A DNA stretch of 64,000 nucleotides from a virus, in IMG/VR virus record IMGVR_UViG_3300020442_000509, positions 5,802 to 69,801 of that record; one strand, 5' to 3'. Numbering within the stretch: position 1 is the first letter of the stretch; each line of letters opens with the position of its first letter. This document shows positions 31,801 to 40,039 of the stretch, in pieces. Position numbers and translations under genes: made by a program. Below the pieces are notes generated by a model. It saw nothing but the letters and a program-made list of their open reading frames with translations, was not told the origin of the DNA and searched no databases.

Positions 31801-34800
31801 CTGATGATACACCAGAGTTGAACAGGGGTACGTTAGTGTAGGTACCTTCAGTATATCCAGATCCAGCAAAGAGTGTCCAATCATTTTGACTGATTTTACC
31901 AGTCTTCAGTACGACACCAATATCCATTTGGAATCCAGTTCCAGTTCCACCAATCTGAGAGGCGGAAGCGGTCAGAACATCTCCATCTTTATAGTTCTTT
32001 CCTTGACTTACGATAGTTACACCAGTAACTTCGTTACCACTTACAATGATATTAGCAGTCGCAGCAGTACCACTACCACCAGACAGTGCTACACCATTAT
32101 ATGTTCCATTGGTATAGTTCTCACCAGCAGTGATGGTTAGGTTTGCCTGGAGAACTCGACCAGGACTACTTACAATGAAGCTACTGACATCATAGTATTT
32201 GAAGTGATACTTGTTGTCAATGATCTTGACGTCAATATCTCTTTGGTTCTCATTGTTGCCAATGAAAACATCAACAAACTCTTCAGGTTTGATATAGTGG
32301 GTGTCTGCTGCTCCGATAGTCGCAGTAATTACATCAGTGTCAGGATTTACGGCGAAGTTTAGGGTATTGACATCTACGCCAGTAATTCTAGAGATACGCG
32401 CAGAAATACCACTACCACCAGTAGACTCTTCTGTGAATACCAGTCTGTCATTTACCTTATATCCTCTACCAGCACCTTCAATCAGGTATTGGTTGACACC
32501 TTCACTAAAATATCTGTTAGTAGCAGATACAAACAGAGAATCTGTAGATCCACCACGGATGGATGGGAAGTAATCGTAGTATCCGATACCAACGTCTACA
32601 AAACCAATGAAGTTACCACCAGTGTCCTGTTCTAGGACGATAGGTGTTGTAGCGTCTTCCAGAGCAAGAATATAATTAACGGGGTCCCCCAGATCCTTAC
32701 GTCTGACAACAGCGCCATCAGTGAATACGTACGGAGCCTTGTATCGAACCGCGTCCTCGCTGAATCTTGATTGAAGTCCATTTCCGTTCCAGTTGATATT
32801 GTCCGCTTGACTGTAGAAGTCAGGTCCAATAAAGTATGGGAACTTGGGATTACCTGTGGTACCATCTAGAGTACAGAAATAAGCGTATACACCTTCGGGA
32901 TACTCAGGTGTGACGCAGAAGCGTCCATTGTACTTATCAAGGTCGCCAAGACCCTCTACGTACTCAAAGTCTTCAATATATGTACCCATGGTGTCAGTGA
33001 GACCTGTTACCAGAGAATCACGACCAGAACGGATTCTATAGCTCGAAGTCATCTGCTTGAGCTGGTTGAATGGGTTTCTGTTCTGTTTATCTACGTAAGC
33101 ATAAGGTCCATAGATGGGATGTCCATCATATGCCCAACCGAGGATAGGAGAGTGTCTCGTGGGGTTGAGTTCTCCATATGAATCATTTACGTTGTCACCC
33201 AGCAAGAATCTAAGAATCTTGGGGTTGTACATATATCCATACTCACCACCATAGATTGAGAAGTTAGCGCCTGTCATAGAGACGCCATTGCCTTCATCAG
33301 CAATTTTGGGGGAAGTATAGCTTAGGGGGTCAACTCCAAGTTCATCAGCAGTCGCTGCCTTGTTAATAGTAAGTTGAGGCAGTTCTACTTGGAATCTAGC
33401 GCCAGCACCAGGATATACGATGTCTACAAAGGTTTTACCTGATGTATAACCAGCACCACCATTAGTTACATTAATAGAGGTAACTTGCTGAGAACTACTA
33501 TCAATCTGAGCAAACGCAACAGCACCAACGCCATCACCTGTAATTACAACGTCAGGAGGTCCATAGTAGTTGGTACCACCGTAAGTCAGGATAATAGAAA
33601 CGATTCTACCGTTGACAATACTAGGATAAGCAACAGCGCCGCTACCAGAGATAAGAGTAATGTTCGGGCGTTCATCATACCTAGTACCAGCATTAGTGAT
33701 AGTAATTCCATCTTCAGTCAAACCACCACGGACAACTGCCTGAGCAGTTGCTCCAGTTCCGCCACCACCAGTAATTGTTACTGTAGGAACACTATCGTAT
33801 CCACTACCTTCAGCAGTGACTGTAATTGACGTAACTCTACCAGAAGTGATCGTTGCTGTCGCAGCAGCTTGAATAGTGGGGTTACCACCTGAAATAGCAA
33901 CAGTAGGAGCGGTAGTATAGTCTTGACCGCCGTTAGTAACGTTAACTGAGAATACTCGACCAGAAACACTAACTGTCGCCTGTGCTGAGACGCCTTCAAA
34001 GTCCCAGAGACACTGACCATCCTGTACAGCATTTCCGCTGCTGTGAGTGGGTTCTGTGCCCCTCTGAGCGCTCTTACCGCTTCCTAGGTTCTTATATCTT
34101 TGTCCAGAGCTATTACGGACTCTTTGACCCAAGAAGTAGTTTGTATCTGGTTTCCAGAGCGGTTCAAACTCAACGATAGGTGGATTAGTAATATCGTAAC
34201 CATCACCTGCGTCAACAACAGAAATACTCTTAACACCACCAAATAACTTAGTGTCTTCAGACTTATATGAGAAAAACGGGACGCCATTAGTACCGATACC
34301 GATTTGACCGACTGGAGTCGCCTGTTTTGTCGATTTGGTCTTGGTAGTGCGAGGAATACGCTTCAGATAGCGTTGGTTGCCAGGATCAAGGTCATCAGCA
34401 CCAAATGGACCAATTTTGTGACCTGGGATGCCAGGAGACGCAACAATACAGTGATCATCCGTTCTGTATGTGTTTTGAACGTCAGAAGGCGTCTGTTGGA
34501 CTTTTAGGCGAATTGATGTGTCGTCAGAAGTCGCTTTTGCGAATTCACGAGTAATAAGGAACTGTTGTCCACTAACACCTTGATTTGGAGTTACTGGAAT
34601 CTGGATATCGAAGACTTTGGCGGAGCTAACACCAACAACAGCAAATTCGGAGTTGTAGACGTCTTCTGGTGCGTTTAGAATGCGAATCGTGTCAGCACGC
34701 TTCAATCCATGGTTTTCAGTTGTAGTTACGGTCGCAATAACTCTACCTTGAGCGTCTGGAGACGAAAGAGTCAGTTGGGAACCAGTAAGTAGCTTTTTAG

Positions 34801-36190
34801 TGTTGTAAATGAAGGATGGCCAGATAGATTCGTTAGAATCAAATCCAGGAGCGGCAGGAGTCGTAACTTTCGAGTCCTGAATGTAATACTTACCACCATC
34901 GGTTAGTTCAATGCCTCTGGTGCCACCAAACACCTTCAGAGTGATCTTACTACCATCTCTGTTGGAATATCCGAAGATCTCGAAGGCAGAGATGACTTCA
35001 GAACCAGCAATGTGACTTGATACTGTAGTATTGTCTCTAGCGCGAGTACAACCTAAGAATTGGTTGACAGTTTTGTCTGTATAGGTAAGAACCTCAGAAC
35101 CAATACGGATTTTGCCATCTAACTCAGGCCAACCGAGTGTAGAGTCAACAGTGACGATATCTTCGTCTAATCTGTCGCCAATGTCTTCTGACAGAGTTGT
35201 TTTGTATGGTGTGGCAAATGTACCTTGACCATTTTCAGTATCTACGTCCAATTCGTAGATTTTGCCGTCTTCAGTGAAAACCTCGACAACAGTTTTGACG
35301 TAAATGCGTGCGTCGTTAACTAGAGGGTCTGTAGGGTCGTTTGCCTGGTACAGAACCTGTCCAGTAAGCTCTACAGGGTTACCATCTAGAGCGTCAGCTC
35401 TAATAACCTCTCTGACACTGTAGAATGCGTCAGATGGTTTGAAAATTCTATCTTTAGGATATCTTACTTCAGATTCGATGCCATACAGCACTCTCATCAG
35501 ATATTGGAAAGATCTGGAGGTACCTTTAGCGGCATAGAAGTCTTTCAGTCTTTTTGTGACCGAAGACTGTTTGATTCTACTGTCAAACGCAGTTGGGAAT
35601 GCTTCTGCGAACTGATCGCGGAATCTGCCGAGCATAAACAGCGGCAGAAGGTTATTCAGGTTGACACACTCATCCCCAAAGGAATGAGCAGCTGCTACAG
35701 AGTCAGAAAACGTATATTCGCCCAAAGTGCCAATTTTGGTCGTAGCATGGAAGCCTCTGACGCAATGTTGGAGTTGGGTTGAGTTTTTTGACTTATAATA
35801 GATGATCTCATCGTTGATCATCGCCAGACCTTCCTTCGGGAAGTCTCTGGTGTTCACAACGTCGATAGTTGTCGCATCAATCGCTACAGCAGACGATACA
35901 GTCGTCTTTTCGACCAGATCGTTCAGTTTGTCAATATTATAGTAGTCATCAAAGTTGTTGACGACATCCATGGGTCCACCACGGAGTTCAGCAGACTTAA
36001 AGTACAGTTTGAGGAACTCTACAAAGTCTGGGTAGTCTTCTCTGACGAATTGAGGTAGTTGCTCCTCAATCCTTTCTGAAATTTTAGTTCTACTCTCGGG
36101 AGAGACGCTAGAATCTGTTGGGTCTACTGCCACCTGGGTAGGTGGAGTTACCCAAGAGGATATTCTCCAAGAAGACTGCTCAATCGGCAT
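22883..36190 (-). CDS. gp7: Baseplate wedge initiator gp7-like giant protein (4435 aa)
   Basis: Between gp6 and gp8; QLPQFVREDYPDFVEFLKLYF, KDFYAAKGT..F..L, YQEFSYVI..HPAGFKVFG; extended by YHYH-like, GSGY and helical repeats. Confidence 0.85.
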   Translation of the reverse strand: MPIEQSSWRISSWVTPPTQVAVDPTDSSVSPESRTKISERIEEQLPQFVREDYPDFVEFLKLYFKSAELRGGPMDVVNNFDDYYNIDKLNDLVEKTTVSSAVAIDATTIDVVNTRDFPKEGLAMINDEIIYYKSKNSTQLQHCVRGFHATTKIGTLGEYTFSDSVAAAHSFGDECVNLNNLLPLFMLGRFRDQFAEAFPTAFDSRIKQSSVTKRLKDFYAAKGTSRSFQYLMRVLYGIESEVRYPKDRIFKPSDAFYSVREVIRADALDGNPVELTGQVLYQANDPTDPLVNDARIYVKTVVEVFTEDGKIYELDVDTENGQGTFATPYKTTLSEDIGDRLDEDIVTVDSTLGWPELDGKIRIGSEVLTYTDKTVNQFLGCTRARDNTTVSSHIAGSEVISAFEIFGYSNRDGSKITLKVFGGTRGIELTDGGKYYIQDSKVTTPAAPGFDSNESIWPSFIYNTKKLLTGSQLTLSSPDAQGRVIATVTTTENHGLKRADTIRILNAPEDVYNSEFAVVGVSSAKVFDIQIPVTPNQGVSGQQFLITREFAKATSDDTSIRLKVQQTPSDVQNTYRTDDHCIVASPGIPGHKIGPFGADDLDPGNQRYLKRIPRTTKTKSTKQATPVGQIGIGTNGVPFFSYKSEDTKLFGGVKSISVVDAGDGYDITNPPIVEFEPLWKPDTNYFLGQRVRNSSGQRYKNLGSGKSAQRGTEPTHSSGNAVQDGQCLWDFEGVSAQATVSVSGRVFSVNVTNGGQDYTTAPTVAISGGNPTIQAAATATITSGRVTSITVTAEGSGYDSVPTVTITGGGGTGATAQAVVRGGLTEDGITITNAGTRYDERPNITLISGSGAVAYPSIVNGRIVSIILTYGGTNYYGPPDVVITGDGVGAVAFAQIDSSSQQVTSINVTNGGAGYTSGKTFVDIVYPGAGARFQVELPQLTINKAATADELGVDPLSYTSPKIADEGNGVSMTGANFSIYGGEYGYMYNPKILRFLLGDNVNDSYGELNPTRHSPILGWAYDGHPIYGPYAYVDKQNRNPFNQLKQMTSSYRIRSGRDSLVTGLTDTMGTYIEDFEYVEGLGDLDKYNGRFCVTPEYPEGVYAYFCTLDGTTGNPKFPYFIGPDFYSQADNINWNGNGLQSRFSEDAVRYKAPYVFTDGAVVRRKDLGDPVNYILALEDATTPIVLEQDTGGNFIGFVDVGIGYYDYFPSIRGGSTDSLFVSATNRYFSEGVNQYLIEGAGRGYKVNDRLVFTEESTGGSGISARISRITGVDVNTLNFAVNPDTDVITATIGAADTHYIKPEEFVDVFIGNNENQRDIDVKIIDNKYHFKYYDVSSFIVSSPGRVLQANLTITAGENYTNGTYNGVALSGGSGTAATANIIVSGNEVTGVTIVSQGKNYKDGDVLTASASQIGGTGTGFQMDIGVVLKTGKISQNDWTLFAGSGYTEGTYTNVPLFNSGVSSGEGALFTIVVNSSGEVSEVTVTNPGSGYVVGEQLTATNSDIGNGSGFYITPNKIIQEFTLRGTAAHQLTTGDVVVVSGTTPADYDGTHTVTGTSTGRRFQFEKAVQNIVSTGVITSTQVYNREPKLDLINGHKYKFKTEDTSNDGKRLEFTFDAENTNIFTYKNIVDTTNDTVTGQQRSITVEVKDIPGTLFYFDINGTVQGNYLSVIQDPYIGSNTVTSVTQNDISFILPREPDCAYGASAEVSYSTSSIYPSGGIASINIGDSGRNYSTLPQFTGIERSGAGAEATATISGFLEDVAILENGTGYNPAQLPQVICSMPDFVDLTLDQVFGTFSRGDIVTSERVLGGDSARGKVISWNANTSTLRVEPLRNNLTGATTRGFIMFNAANALRNKVFTGPNQATITAVSGQQAAVAAIVPATGPELGTISNIAINSGGSNYRKAPLIYIDDPYYGGVGTVSITSQNSSANFVAGTYNNVTQKSVAPTGGTDVEFTVVIDASTLDVSSVTVTNGGTTYALGDIITISGAQITGGGDGTDDFTVTITSIVPVRPAITSTTINASIDAINLTNAGSGYLSAPDVKISGGTGLNAVLRAEIVDETVSQIVIENAGSKFQNAPIISIQQGTGEGGSVLLKSENLGTIIGLGGDNITYNYSHDRTLKPEVNTTYNLQLTRTQIVDFFTVTNGGNSFVTTPTIELIGGGGSGAVLKPIIDNEVIQAIEVINPGKGYSSTPAVQAKITHSFVGLTSNSTLNFPYNTKIPTGTKVVLRELDGNLPTPLQPDIVYYAIAASIQNGLGSNQIRLATTNTNAVDNIFVTFTGPATLGSNGTSTFVLETTDLGDQITVTMIPGTFSVGEKLYQGTSTDSFSAIGEVKYWDPKGRILSVEASQGEFAKGQPVFGLQTKAFGEIHDFERALATFKVSPIATATAEFKRTTGILDLNEQRIYDSDKYQEFSYVIDSPINIRQWKNQIKSSAHPAGFKVFGNQVVSQSAFKRYRRRSFNNPSNPDPNTWYEERFGDENQSFNGTTFFTPKPSASNVGKLSKIENFVLGKPDYTAAVPTNVLVSGKQLLDVRKILTAIVEKFDKIEDRTVTLDGSDSNVVDVANDALNLTNHGFITGQKVKYAAPADRFQDARNLILGNIDYIIDQTVQALETQYPTLTDGTTPDYDRSTCARDLRLIVVAWCNDLRFGGNAFSWDAVDTYIGGVGLVGTRFGDARNLILQNKQLIAEEAVGAMLAQTSNQAFAIPGGNQVAIDDLVDVIEALAYNMAYGGNSESWDQGRDYIANTIQLAGADTQSAEMMGYALTYCTYALQNYDIPTNYTARTQVKDLTITADPAGYVSDRSADAMNLLNSNKNQIAATAYTRMVNQYPSHTFAQSQSSYESKVVETVEDIAANVSGGGNDDTWDGANFYVTGSYAQGEEGELEYMFEQARDIAILVIQNKDVSDMVGQVKDLTITDDTAPPDQPNYVKCADQVNAITTLMAIVTNAITDPINHQNVSRTEKTGGYIYSCQNVVSSLTTLVNIMTTAINSGTLSAVTRTEPVNNVYHVGGEEAETIYAIQYARDLAKQAIVNQLPFTDITITVDLGGCADVKSTIDTLSQIVWGGIDNPSSIPERNPGYYPEIAESTPIAGLDAGTDYYVIRVNDNQIKLASTKANAVGGTAVPLTGVSTASEHTLRVKFDGETTDFQMRYRGAAVTPTNKNQLMVTINGIVQNPVSYSVSGSTITFTEAPLENSVGNIIFFKRSDISSNFQLDIFGDVISSLNTTDGIYQGSGYTAGTYNGVNLVNKRGNTGTGATADIVITDVLDTASHVSADRFGDARVLINNNASIIADIAVGLMNRFGTPVANRFADAATLITGNTNLIANESVERMMLDIPFEVQSSRHFDAYNTLQANRQLLANEAVHLMTTVDYPNFGGNNAAYVSDMLDLIDKISFNILHGANNEVYDITDTYYVGTTRIDGEEQETLATIAQMESLMTQAINNQTITIGGSHGFTQTIDSGITTVTGGCTNVISAMTTLIDIIETGINTDLMNHAVRTEPAAFTVPGGNVNCIDDVKDVMTALAINTKFGSNSEIYDAAAYYVNTVHLDGEEIHAKYVYREATKIAKQVINNTSVTIRGSHGITQVTDSGITSVGGGCTNVESAIDTLMNIIEVAIDTDSLSTFTRTAPTPFLSPGIGDDQCKSDTIDILRSVGVNTAFGGNHILWETLDMYFNGGHVQGEEAETQYVLEEARAMVLKAINNETFETYPDYNLTSRSQYKDPSITTVSGGCTNVVSAIDTLMDLAYAVIGQGNFNSYTRTVGQCGDGYESAPTITISGGSPTTDGDITAVLSREGFIKSIGITQAGAGYTNPPTVVIKSNSGFNATATAAVSGGAVTGVTVTYGGFGYEDVVVEIIANPADTITQTCTASAIIGKHLEALEVQKTGVNYGSVPTLAISGGNPSTAASGAIARLTGAVTSVTLQNGGSGYLNTDMLGVDPSTVGGTVKNSFQVEVGTVTFDGVQTQFAAKVGGSGYTLPANDRFFLFLNSTIQELGTSYSYTGSPSTITFTEAPLGNMDFYCFYVGQTQGMDTLEPFFDNTRKSFVLKKNEQPFSLESDSTDVIPANNLIIFLNGIYQEPEVSYILNGSILEFAEPPRAGSTCQIFIYTGSNLDIVTEDTYNALDPGDTLKIKSEGDERTLAQIASSTSLDTYEYTGLRPNVAAFTAVVVNGKVIDVIITDAGSNYEVPPVLLFNGGGGSGAFAETVIEAGSGRVIDVINLQGGSNYASAPAVQPFHPVSLERTQRNRVLSNSNFLYTTQLTASINSTDTSISVENAYFNNGQGFPNQGELLIPYWNSSASVWSTERILYSTVDYNSNVFTVTTNGRGNKRTGPSPGVGHAISIENGTYDANGFVVNVNMGGAHYLETGMERYFRFTSFGNAQFASEALDGTYRVTKTGSNTLQFTSPVALNETGQSIQILPTIRVYSLSL

Positions 36191-36196
36191 TTTTTA

Positions 36197-38062
36197 TCAA
36201 CTATAGCTTGATTCGGGGACAACACCAGTACCAGCAACGTTAGCACCGCTGCTGATCTCATCATCAATAACATTGACCACTAGGTTATCTATACCTATTG
36301 TCAGATAGGTCTCTCTGAGTGAAACCAGATCGTTAGATTCTGGAATTACAGAGAATTGAAGTGTATTGGTAATTGATCCAGGAACTTCGTCAATAATGAC
36401 GTCGTTAACAGTTACTTCACCTTCCACATAATCTACAGTACCCCAATTACCGTTAATATACTGTCTTGTACCATCTGTGTTGATGTAGAAGAGGCGAATA
36501 TTGCCAACTCCATCATCATTGAGGTAGTATGTGAAATTACCGCCGTCAGCACGCTTAAAACCGTTTGTAATAAGCGAAGGGGAGTCTCCAGCACCTTCTA
36601 CCTGGGCATTGATACGATTACCAAAACAAATCTTGTAATTGAAGCGTTGATTCAACGTAACGTTGACATTCTTACGCATCCGTATTCTGGTAATGTTCGA
36701 TGTGATGGATTTCTCCGCATCATCGATCACTTTTTGGAATTTCGAGAATTTGAACTTACCACCAAACTTGTTAAACTCGTTAGTTGCGTTCAAAGCGTTT
36801 AGCTGAGCGTAAACTACTTGCTTAATCTCTTCCTGAGAACGTTTAGTGATGTTGGGGTTGAAATATACGAAAGTTACCAAGTCAATGTACAATACAGACG
36901 GATCCATGATCTTGGGTTCGACTGCTCCGACAGAATAACTGCGAAGTTTCTTCAAAACTGCGTCTTTTTCGGAAATAGACAGTCTGTCCGCATTTTTGGG
37001 TTTGATGACAACCATTACCTTGCCATATTCAGGCGGTGATGCCTCTTCTCCGCCAAATGCGACGATAGATTGTACATTAGGGTAGATTTGAGGAATAATT
37101 GCCTCATAATCTTTTGTAGTTACCGCTCTACCGAAACTAGAGTAGAATTTGGGAGCAGTATACTTAATAGAACTGGTAGATTCTGGATCTGCGCCACCAT
37201 CAGGCTTAGTTTTCAGCGTGACAGTGATTCCAGAGGTGATTGGGTTGTTAGCAGAGTCCTTAGCAGTTCCTGCAAACGTAAATTGGTCCAATCCGTTTGC
37301 TAGTGGACCAGCGGAGGTTGTATAAGTTGCTTCAATCACATCTCCGTTAAAAAGAGCTTCACCAATAACACCATCACCGAAAATAAGTTCGGGTCTGCGG
37401 TATTCTGACTCTTCTAGGAAGAATGTTTTACTACTTGAGTTCAAAGCAGTGATATCATCACCTTTTAGATACGCATCAGTCACGGTTCCGCGTGTTACTT
37501 CAATAGAAAGCGTAGAAGTATCAGCAGATACGTTAGAAAGGATGAATCTTTGGCGCTCATTGACTTCTTTGACGAAAGTATCCGTCAAAAATACGCCTTC
37601 GTAGCAAACTACGTCGGTAAAAGTCGCTTTTCCGTCCAAGGTGTTGACGGAAGCGATCAAATCTTTCGGAATTGAGAAAATAAATGTGTTTTTCTGCTCT
37701 CCTTGGAAGCTTAGAAGCACTCCTTTGTTGATTTGGACCGTTGCGGGGTACGGATACGCGGTTTGAACAACAATATCAACCTTTGCTTGCGCGGATCTAG
37801 CGCTTCTCGGCGTGTAACCGATCAATTTTGCCAATTTTACGACATTTTCGCGCATTACAGCGCTGTCTAGGAAGTTTTCGTTCGCTAGAAGGTTCGCATT
37901 GACGGAAGAATAGTAAGTATTATACGCAAGAACGTCCAAAAGGACCGAAAGTGACGACCCTTCAAAGTCATAGTCACTAAATTGGTCCTGACCGCGCAAA
38001 TACGCCATCAGTTGGGCTTTGATCTCGTTAAATTCTAACGAGTTAATCTGGGTAAGAGCCAT
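36197..38062 (-). CDS. gp6: Baseplate wedge protein gp6
   Basis: FSDYDFEGSSLSVLLDVLAYNTYY, RAVTTKDYE, GTVDYVEG. Confidence 0.93.
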   Translation of the reverse strand: MALTQINSLEFNEIKAQLMAYLRGQDQFSDYDFEGSSLSVLLDVLAYNTYYSSVNANLLANENFLDSAVMRENVVKLAKLIGYTPRSARSAQAKVDIVVQTAYPYPATVQINKGVLLSFQGEQKNTFIFSIPKDLIASVNTLDGKATFTDVVCYEGVFLTDTFVKEVNERQRFILSNVSADTSTLSIEVTRGTVTDAYLKGDDITALNSSSKTFFLEESEYRRPELIFGDGVIGEALFNGDVIEATYTTSAGPLANGLDQFTFAGTAKDSANNPITSGITVTLKTKPDGGADPESTSSIKYTAPKFYSSFGRAVTTKDYEAIIPQIYPNVQSIVAFGGEEASPPEYGKVMVVIKPKNADRLSISEKDAVLKKLRSYSVGAVEPKIMDPSVLYIDLVTFVYFNPNITKRSQEEIKQVVYAQLNALNATNEFNKFGGKFKFSKFQKVIDDAEKSITSNITRIRMRKNVNVTLNQRFNYKICFGNRINAQVEGAGDSPSLITNGFKRADGGNFTYYLNDDGVGNIRLFYINTDGTRQYINGNWGTVDYVEGEVTVNDVIIDEVPGSITNTLQFSVIPESNDLVSLRETYLTIGIDNLVVNVIDDEISSGANVAGTGVVPESSYS

Positions 38063-38451
38063 TATCTCCTAAAGATGACGTCTATTTGATCAATAACATT
38101 GGGAAGACCGACCATGAGGTATCTAATTGTGATACCCAGTTCATTCATGTCTTCATTGAAAGCTGCTTCTACGTCGTAACACACTACTCGTGGTTCGTAG
38201 TTATTCACACAGTTCTGGATTTGAGCCTCAATGGCACCAGAATTACCTGCTTCATACAGTTCAAACAACATGGCAAGCGTGTTTCCACCAAAATTTGGCA
38301 AGAACGGTTTCTCATAGAAGTTGTATCGAACGATGTTCTTTACCGCTTCTTTGATTGCGTTCTCGTTAGTAAGGGTGTTAACGTCCTTCGTGATGGGATT
38401 CTTACGAAAAGATAGGTCAAAATCCCTAAACGATTGACTTGTTGCTGCCAT
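38062..38451 (-). CDS. gp25: Baseplate wedge subunit gp25
   Basis: FRDFDLSF..NENAIKEAVKNIV..EKPFLPNFG..NYEPRV. Confidence 0.92.
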   Translation of the reverse strand: MAATSQSFRDFDLSFRKNPITKDVNTLTNENAIKEAVKNIVRYNFYEKPFLPNFGGNTLAMLFELYEAGNSGAIEAQIQNCVNNYEPRVVCYDVEAAFNEDMNELGITIRYLMVGLPNVIDQIDVIFRR

Positions 38452-38471
38452 GTGACAATGTTCGACCTAAT

Positions 38472-38624
38472 CTATTTAGACGCTTTTTTAGAAACTCCTT
38501 TGTTTTCAACTTTTTCGTCTCTTTTTTCAATTCTACGCAGGTATCTGTCGCTGCGAGGATCTGTAATCAAGGTCATTCCTGACTCGATAAACTCCTTTCC
38601 AAGGTCTGTTCTGTGATTTCCCAT
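38472..38624 (-). CDS. Small hypothetical protein, 50 aa (MGNHRTDLGKEFIESGMTLITDPRSDRYL...)
   Basis: Hand-translated, below track cutoff; GGAGG SD upstream. Confidence 0.7.
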   Translation of the reverse strand: MGNHRTDLGKEFIESGMTLITDPRSDRYLRRIEKRDEKVENKGVSKKASK

Positions 38625-38695
38625 AAAAAATACCTCCTAAAAAGTCCACGACAGAACTTTTAGGGAGGTTTCCATCTCCATATCGCTATTTATTA

Positions 38696-38839
38696 TCAGC
38701 GACCTTGCCCGCGATACTTCTTTTTCGCGTTGTTACGAGACGTCGCAGCGTATTTTGTGTTCTTCGAGCTGCCTTGACGAGTGGATTTGGGTTGAGACTC
38801 GATGTAGGAACCTCCAGTGAGGCTGGTTTTGCGTGCCAT
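38696..38839 (-). CDS. Small basic protein, 47 aa (MARKTSLTGG...KKKYRGQGR)
   Basis: Hand-translated; upstream extended -10 TGCTATAAT; strongly basic. Confidence 0.7.
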   Translation of the reverse strand: MARKTSLTGGSYIESQPKSTRQGSSKNTKYAATSRNNAKKKYRGQGR

Positions 38840-38877
38840 TTGATAAATCTGGGCGTTTACGAGATAATTATAGCACG

Positions 38878-39192
38878 TTAGTCGCCAATGTACACCCTTT
38901 TAGCACCTGCTGACAGTCCATGGTTGCCCGTTGCGTCGCCACAACCGTGATCTGAACCCAATCTACCGCACTTAATACCGTTTACAAAGACAGTATTGGA
39001 CCCATTGACGATATTTCTGCTGCTTGTAGGGTGTACAGTGGTTCCACAACTGTGAGCAGCGTATCTATCGCCCACTCTAGCGACCTTCATACCGCCCGCA
39101 TAGACGTTTGGAGACCCCTCAATACAAGCTGTCGGGGGGAAACACCCATGACCAGTGGAAAAACCACCTAATACTGCTGGAGTTGTTGCCAT
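38878..39192 (-). CDS. PAAR-repeat spike tip protein (gp5.4-like)
   Basis: GHGCFPP, GSPNVY..KVARVGD, GSNTVFVNG..GRLG; His/Cys metal ligands. Confidence 0.9.
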   Translation of the reverse strand: MATTPAVLGGFSTGHGCFPPTACIEGSPNVYAGGMKVARVGDRYAAHSCGTTVHPTSSRNIVNGSNTVFVNGIKCGRLGSDHGCGDATGNHGLSAGAKRVYIGD

Positions 39193-39839
39193 TACGTGCC
39201 GTATCTAATCTTGTTTGCCATAATATCCTGCATCTTGTCGCGTCCTAGGTCCCAGTTATTCAGAATCGTTTGATTGATATTGAATACTTGGGTAAATGGA
39301 ACGCCAGCACAGAGCAGGTTCACTGTATATGTATATGTCACAACCCTCTGTGACCTGAAGTCAGGCTTATATCTGATCAGAGTGTCACAAGGATTCGGGA
39401 TCTCGTCCTCAAACTGCCCACCAGAGGCATATGGTTCCTGTACACTATCCTTGGTAACGTTGTATATACGCCCCGCAGGATCGCTCATAGTGGACTGTAA
39501 CTCGATGATGGGTATATGGGCAGCATCACCTGTTGTATCGTCCCTGTACTCCCATTCACGCTGATCAAAGTACGTCTCATTGAACGTCCCATTGATGGAC
39601 AATACTGGACTATTACTAATAGTCGCTGTAGGAATATACGTCAAGCTGCCTACAGGAAAACCTGGGCATAACCCAGGTGCTATCCCAGTCGCCAATGAAG
39701 GCGTTACTGCGGTCATTGAAACCGACACGAATGTTTCAACGGTCGTGCCAGCACAGATCGTCGGTATAATAGTAATAGCATCACTGAATGCTACTCCTAT
39801 CGTAGCGTCGTTGAATGATGATTTTGATAACGTTGCCAT
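39192..39839 (-). CDS. Hypothetical baseplate-associated protein (215 aa)
   Basis: Coupled to the PAAR gene; late promoter-like TTAAATA upstream. Confidence 0.7.
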   Translation of the reverse strand: MATLSKSSFNDATIGVAFSDAITIIPTICAGTTVETFVSVSMTAVTPSLATGIAPGLCPGFPVGSLTYIPTATISNSPVLSINGTFNETYFDQREWEYRDDTTGDAAHIPIIELQSTMSDPAGRIYNVTKDSVQEPYASGGQFEDEIPNPCDTLIRYKPDFRSQRVVTYTYTVNLLCAGVPFTQVFNINQTILNNWDLGRDKMQDIMANKIRYGT

Positions 39840-39874
39840 ACCTTAGAGGAGGACGCGGGTTTTACGCGATTTTT

Positions 39875-40039
39875 TTACTCTAAGGTATTTAACCGCTTTT
39901 CGTGGTCTAAAACGACATCTACGAGTTTCTCGTATTCCTCAGAGCCTGGACGCCGCATGAGCAACTTCATATCATTCAGACGTTGCTCTAATGCTTCTAC
40001 CTGGGACTTCAAGAGAAGGATCATGTCGCGGTCTGTCAT
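39875..40039 (-). CDS. Small coiled-coil protein, 54 aa (MTDRDMILLLKSQVEALEQRL...)
   Basis: Hand-translated; ATGA overlap with the upstream ORF. Confidence 0.65.
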   Translation of the reverse strand: MTDRDMILLLKSQVEALEQRLNDMKLLMRRPGSEEYEKLVDVVLDHEKRLNTLE

